Of a DNA stretch of 10,530 nucleotides, positions 6,516 to 10,530 are shown in pieces. Each line of letters begins with the position of its first letter. Positions within the stretch are counted from its first letter, which is position 1. The DNA is from Promethearchaeota archaeon (GTDB lineage Archaea; Asgardarchaeota; Lokiarchaeia; Sigyniarchaeales; SOKP01): NCBI GenBank assembly GCA_048939015.1, contig JBHLPW010000104.1:1-10530 (forward strand), given 5' to 3'. The position numbers were made by a program, and so were the translations under genes. Under the pieces are notes generated by a model. It was not told where the DNA came from. It was given only the letters and a program-made list of their open reading frames with translations, and did not search any database.

Positions 6516-8954
6516 TTATAGATTCCTTTTACTTCTCTTTAACTTTATTGTTATAACTGTAGCGATCCCAAAAATAGCACCAAGCAATATGAATATATCA
6601 TACCCAGGTATCCATCCTTCCTCAATGTGAGGTTCCTCAGCATACCAGTTTAGACTATAAACATTTCCAGTTCGGTCTCCAAAAATCCTTATATAATAAG
6701 TTCCGTTAGAAAGAACGTTACAAACAAGAAATTCGTTATCTTTTTCACTAAACGACATATTTACTCTGTTATTATTCCAATTATAGAGTTCAACTCCAAT
6801 TGCTCCCTCCTGATAATCATATTGTACATGGACAACGATATGTGTTCTTACACTATCTACCCATATTCGATACCAGTCATCGTCGTATTGCAGAGCCCAA
6901 CCACTAATATGCCATAGTTCTGCATTCTCAGAATAAGATAGATCATAAGCTGTTAATGGATCATCATTTTCTTCATAATCATCATCAGATCTAAAATCCG
7001 TACGAATATCATCCCACCAAAGATCATACTCGGTTTTTGCACTATCACCGATTATTTGTATCAGATAAACTCCCCATGGAAGGAAGCCATCAATATCTAT
7101 ACTATCATCACCTGACATTGAACCATTATAGAAAGTCCAACTCCAATCAAGAGAGTATTCATCATACATGTGGTAAATATAAATGTCAATATCCCCAACA
7201 GATGTGTTAAATTTGAGATTTATCATCAAATGTTCGAATCCTGGTGACACAACGATCCTATACCAATCATCATTGTACTCCTGAACTGCTAATCCTTTAA
7301 GATCACTCAACCATATATGTTCATCATCTTTAAGATTATATGCTTCCGACCAATCATCATTATATTCATAGAAATCTTCACGGATCCAGATCTCTAATTG
7401 ATAATAAACTTCAGAATCACCCGTTTCATGATATACTTTGATTCGCCACTCACCAGACATATCTGCTCTATACATTATCTGCTCTGCTGGCTTTGACCAA
7501 TCATAATCAGATTGTTCTGTACTAGAATATGAACCTTTTCGCTTAGTATTAGTAGGATCATAAAGTTCCAACTGTAAATCCCCATCATAATGGTTGAAAT
7601 AAATTGAAACATCGATAATATCTCCAGTATTCAAATACATTTTGAACCAATCCTGATCATCATTCACAGCTTTTAAATCACCATACCAGCCTGGAGTGAG
7701 GGGATAAGCACTGCCAAAGTTATCGTTATCTTCAAAACTATCATCAGGCTGTTCTTCCAATGGGAACTGTATCTCTAGATCATACCACATATCTTCGCTT
7801 CCTGATGTACGGTATACATGAATCCTCCAAAGCCCTGATTCATCATAATTATACAATGTATACATAATACTTTTGTAACCATAACCAGAATAGTATCCTG
7901 TTCCATCCCAAAGAGATTCATCAGGTTGCCAGAGTTCTAAATTTAAATCACCATAATAATCATCAAACCATATTTTAAACTCAATTGTATCGCCAGGGCT
8001 TAAATCTATCATGAACCAATCTTCATCATAGTCCATCATCTTTAAAGAATAAGTATCTGAGCGGTGTTCAAGCCACGCAGCACTATAAAAATCATCGTTT
8101 TCTTCCATATCATCATCTGGAGTACCACTATTCTCCCACCATAAATTATATACCATCCCAGAATTATCTCCATAGATCCTTAACCATAAAGTTCCACTAA
8201 AACCAAAAGTATAATCAATTACATCCCCAAATGACCACCAACTAAATCCATCATAAATGTCCATCTGAAGCCAACCCATATCTCGATTATATACTAATTC
8301 TGCGAATAAATGTTCTTCACCTGGCTCTAAACGAATTTCATACCAATCATCATCATTTTGAAATCCAAGCCCATTAGTATCACTTAGCCAAGAATCTTGA
8401 GGTAACCAATAAGCCTCATATTCATAATCATTTTCCTCGTAATAATCTTCAATCATTGCGGGATCAAGATCTTCCCAAAATAAATCATAATTATTTCCAG
8501 CATTACCATAATAAACTCTAAGATAATATGTCCCGGCAGGAATGACAGTATCGATATATTCATTGTCTGAAACTGAATAACTACCACTTATAACACTGAG
8601 ATCAGTTCCATTTATAACCTCAAGGTCAATATCACCCTCATAATTTTTAAATCGTAAGAAAACAATCAAACGCTCTTCTCCAGGGCTAACATAAATTTCA
8701 TAATAATCATCATCCCATTGTGCGGCTTCTCCCATGATATAACTTAGCCAATATCCTTCACTAAAGCCTATATAATAAGCAGAAAGAGGATCATCATTTT
8801 CTTCATAAGGATCTTCTGGGGCACTTATAGAAATCGAGTTTTCATCAATCAGATCATTATTAGATACATTTTTAATTATTGGAATACTAGGAATTATCAA
8901 AAGAAGTAAAAATAGTAAAAATATCCCCCGTCGATATTTTTTATTAGATCTCAT
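6516..8954 (-). CDS. Secreted, membrane-anchored surface protein with six PPC (pre-peptidase C-terminal)-like repeats and a Loki-CTERM-like sorting signal
   Basis: Signal peptide (KKYRR plus hydrophobic stretch). Six 112-132 aa repeats start with D-x-[YFM]-E-x-N-D and contain DxD[WY][YF]; most also have GDxxLE-like motifs. The C-terminus is IPGY + TM helix + basic tail (KLKRSKR). Confidence 0.9.
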   Translation of the reverse strand: MRSNKKYRRGIFLLFLLLLIIPSIPIIKNVSNNDLIDENSISISAPEDPYEENDDPLSAYYIGFSEGYWLSYIMGEAAQWDDDYYEIYVSPGEERLIVFLRFKNYEGDIDLEVINGTDLSVISGSYSVSDNEYIDTVIPAGTYYLRVYYGNAGNNYDLFWEDLDPAMIEDYYEENDYEYEAYWLPQDSWLSDTNGLGFQNDDDWYEIRLEPGEEHLFAELVYNRDMGWLQMDIYDGFSWWSFGDVIDYTFGFSGTLWLRIYGDNSGMVYNLWWENSGTPDDDMEENDDFYSAAWLEHRSDTYSLKMMDYDEDWFMIDLSPGDTIEFKIWFDDYYGDLNLELWQPDESLWDGTGYYSGYGYKSIMYTLYNYDESGLWRIHVYRTSGSEDMWYDLEIQFPLEEQPDDSFEDNDNFGSAYPLTPGWYGDLKAVNDDQDWFKMYLNTGDIIDVSIYFNHYDGDLQLELYDPTNTKRKGSYSSTEQSDYDWSKPAEQIMYRADMSGEWRIKVYHETGDSEVYYQLEIWIREDFYEYNDDWSEAYNLKDDEHIWLSDLKGLAVQEYNDDWYRIVVSPGFEHLMINLKFNTSVGDIDIYIYHMYDEYSLDWSWTFYNGSMSGDDSIDIDGFLPWGVYLIQIIGDSAKTEYDLWWDDIRTDFRSDDDYEENDDPLTAYDLSYSENAELWHISGWALQYDDDWYRIWVDSVRTHIVVHVQYDYQEGAIGVELYNWNNNRVNMSFSEKDNEFLVCNVLSNGTYYIRIFGDRTGNVYSLNWYAEEPHIEEGWIPGYDIFILLGAIFGIATVITIKLKRSKRNL

Positions 8955-8963
8955 ACATTATTA

Positions 8964-8989
8964 ACCTCCATCCAAACTTATAAATTTTC
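8964..8989 (-). promoter_or_regulatory. BRE/TATA and Shine-Dalgarno-like motif upstream of the PPC-repeat gene
   Basis: The minus strand reads GAAAA-TTTATAAG (TATA first T at 8984, 30 nt from the ATG at 8954), and GGAGGT at 8969-8964. Confidence 0.55.
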
Positions 8990-9152
8990 ACATATATGTA
9001 GCTTGAACATGAGGGATTGATATCTTATTTAATATGCCATTAACAGATGGAATTTATCTATTCTATTCAATATTATTAATGATTAATAGCATAATATCAA
9101 ATTTCAAGAACCAGTAATTAATATCTAAGAAAATTGTTATAAAAAAAATAAA

Positions 9153-9269
9153 TTATTCTACCAAGGTAAAAGTACAATCAGTATCACCGCATCCGGGGCA
9201 TTTGAATCCTTCTTCTGGGAAGTCATCTAAGTTAAATTCATAACCACATTTGTCACATTTCCAAAGCAT
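9153..9269 (-). CDS. 38-aa rubredoxin-like / zinc-ribbon microprotein (absent from ORF track)
   Basis: Hand translation: MLWKCDKCGYEFNLDDFPEEGFKCPGCGDTDCTFTLVE*. It has CxxCG...CPxCG knuckles, an upstream AGAAAGGA-TTTTAATA promoter 30 nt from the ATG, and an oligo-T tract right after the stop. Confidence 0.85.
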   Translation of the reverse strand: MLWKCDKCGYEFNLDDFPEEGFKCPGCGDTDCTFTLVE

Positions 9270-9614
9270 TAATATCCCTATTTAGATCAAATATTAAAAT
9301 CCTTTCTATTAAAATAAAAAGAATCAAAATTTAAAGTTTTAGGAAAAAGGAGAGATATAATGCTCATTCTAAATAAAGTAATGAATAAATTTCCTAGAAA
9401 TCCTTCTTGTTTTAAGATAAGTAGAAATTCTTTTTTTTTCTAGGAAAAATAGGAAAAGACAATATATATATAGAGACATTACACTAAAATTACTTACATA
9501 CAAGACCTAATATATATTCTACGGTTTACAATTTTGGTAAATGGTGGCGAAGGTTTAAATTAAAATGATTTTATCTATTGAATTTATTAAATTTATAATA
9601 AGAAAGCGATTACT

Positions 9615-10529
9615 TTGATTAATAACTCATTTTGGTATAAAAAAACTGTTAAGAAAATTGCTAGTATTTTTTTATTCCTTTTTCTTTTTTTAGCTCCTCT
9701 TACCTTTATATTTATGGATTTTGAAACTGAAAATAAAAATTTTCAGAGTAAATTAAAAACCTCAGCTCCTCCAATTTTTCAAATAAATTCACCAAATAAT
9801 TATAGTCTTTACGGTAAGATTGCCCCAAATTTTTCTTTAACAATTACCAGTGAATTAGGTAACTATTCTTGGTATGAGTTTATAGAAAAAGGAGAAAGTT
9901 CCGTACCTATAGAATTGTATGGAGTACCTAACGAAAATGTTATAGGAACATTCAATCAAACCTTATGGGATAATTTAAATAACGGAACTGCATTAATTAG
10001 ATTTTATGTAAATAACTCAGAAGGAGAAGTAGGGCATACAGATGCAATTATTCGTATTGATATTACTAATCCTTTAATTAATATAATTTCACCTATAGGT
10101 GATTACTTTAATGAAACCGCTCCTGAGTATATCGTAGAAATATCGGAACCAAATTTAAACAAAACATGGTATACTCTAAACACAAATACTACAAAACACT
10201 TTTTTACAGCAAATGGGACAATTAAAGGTTGGAACAAGTTAAATGATGGATTAGTAAATATAACCTTTTTCGCAAATGATTCTGTTAAAAATATAAATTC
10301 CCAAATGACCCAAATTACTAAAGATACTGTTGCCCCTACTGGATCTATCGAAATAAATGGTGGTGATACGTGGACAAACTCCACTTCTGTTTCACTTTCT
10401 TTAACATATGGGGATACAACCTCTGGAGTGTTAGAAGTAAGGTATAGAAATGAAGGGGGCTCTTGGACCGCTTGGGAGGCAGTGGGTGATTCGAGAGCTT
10501 GGACACTATTAAGTGGTGATGGTACGAAA
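9615..10529 (+). CDS. Secreted Ig-like repeat surface glycoprotein, 3'-truncated by the window end (absent from ORF track)
   Basis: The frame is open from TAA at 9588 to the window end, with probable TTG start at 9615 (MINNSFWYKKTVKKIASIFLFLFLFLAPLTFIF...LKTSAPP). Repeats of I.I.SP...AP.....WY.....W..L..G...I.F..N.S are joined by DITNP/DTVAP linkers, followed by PTGSIEINGGDTWTNSTSVSLSL...WTAWE...WTLLSGDGTK. Confidence 0.88.
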   Translation, partial: MINNSFWYKKTVKKIASIFLFLFLFLAPLTFIFMDFETENKNFQSKLKTSAPPIFQINSPNNYSLYGKIAPNFSLTITSELGNYSWYEFIEKGESSVPIELYGVPNENVIGTFNQTLWDNLNNGTALIRFYVNNSEGEVGHTDAIIRIDITNPLINIISPIGDYFNETAPEYIVEISEPNLNKTWYTLNTNTTKHFFTANGTIKGWNKLNDGLVNITFFANDSVKNINSQMTQITKDTVAPTGSIEINGGDTWTNSTSVSLSLTYGDTTSGVLEVRYRNEGGSWTAWEAVGDSRAWTLLSGDGTK

Positions 10530-10530
10530 A

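Noticed and set aside
9034-9117. 27-aa hydrophobic + strand ORF (MPLTDGIYLFYSILLMINSIISNFKNQ)
   Set aside because: Composition is expected from AT-rich DNA, with no well-spaced SD or promoter and no recognisable motif.
9360-9443. 27-aa + strand ORF after GGAGAG (MLILNKVMNKFPRNPSCFKISRNSFFF)
   Set aside because: An SD-like motif is present, but the peptide is featureless and runs through a poly-T tract and repeat motifs; unsupported without conservation data.
10103-10384. 93-aa minus-strand ORF
   Set aside because: Antisense shadow of the long + strand Ig-repeat ORF.
1-10530. CRISPR array, tRNA, rRNA, transposase, integrase or reverse transcriptase
   Set aside because: No regularly spaced DNA repeats, cloverleafs or relevant catalytic motifs seen; the long-period repeats are protein-domain repeats.

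Overview
AT-rich archaeal contig end, most likely from a Lokiarchaeia (Asgard) genome; the taxonomy is inferred from a Loki-CTERM-like sorting signal, archaeal TATA/BRE promoters and a type A RNase P RNA. The first ~16-22 nt are Illumina adapter. On the + strand follow a 5'-truncated MBL-fold hydrolase, a GNAT acetyltransferase, an RNase P RNA gene (rnpB, hidden under two spurious ORFs) and an LCM/TcmP-family methyltransferase. On the - strand lie a rubrerythrin-like protein that has lost both diiron ExxH motifs but carries three tandem rubredoxin-like domains, a stomatin/SPFH protein, a glutamine synthetase-family protein with altered glutamate-site residues, a small Cys-rich DUF6485-like protein, an 812-aa surface protein with six PPC-like repeats, and a 38-aa rubredoxin-like microprotein missing from the ORF track. 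A secreted Ig-like repeat protein (+, also missing from the track) runs off the right end. The best novelty candidate is the pseudo-rubrerythrin with three rubredoxin domains, together with the similar free-standing microprotein.
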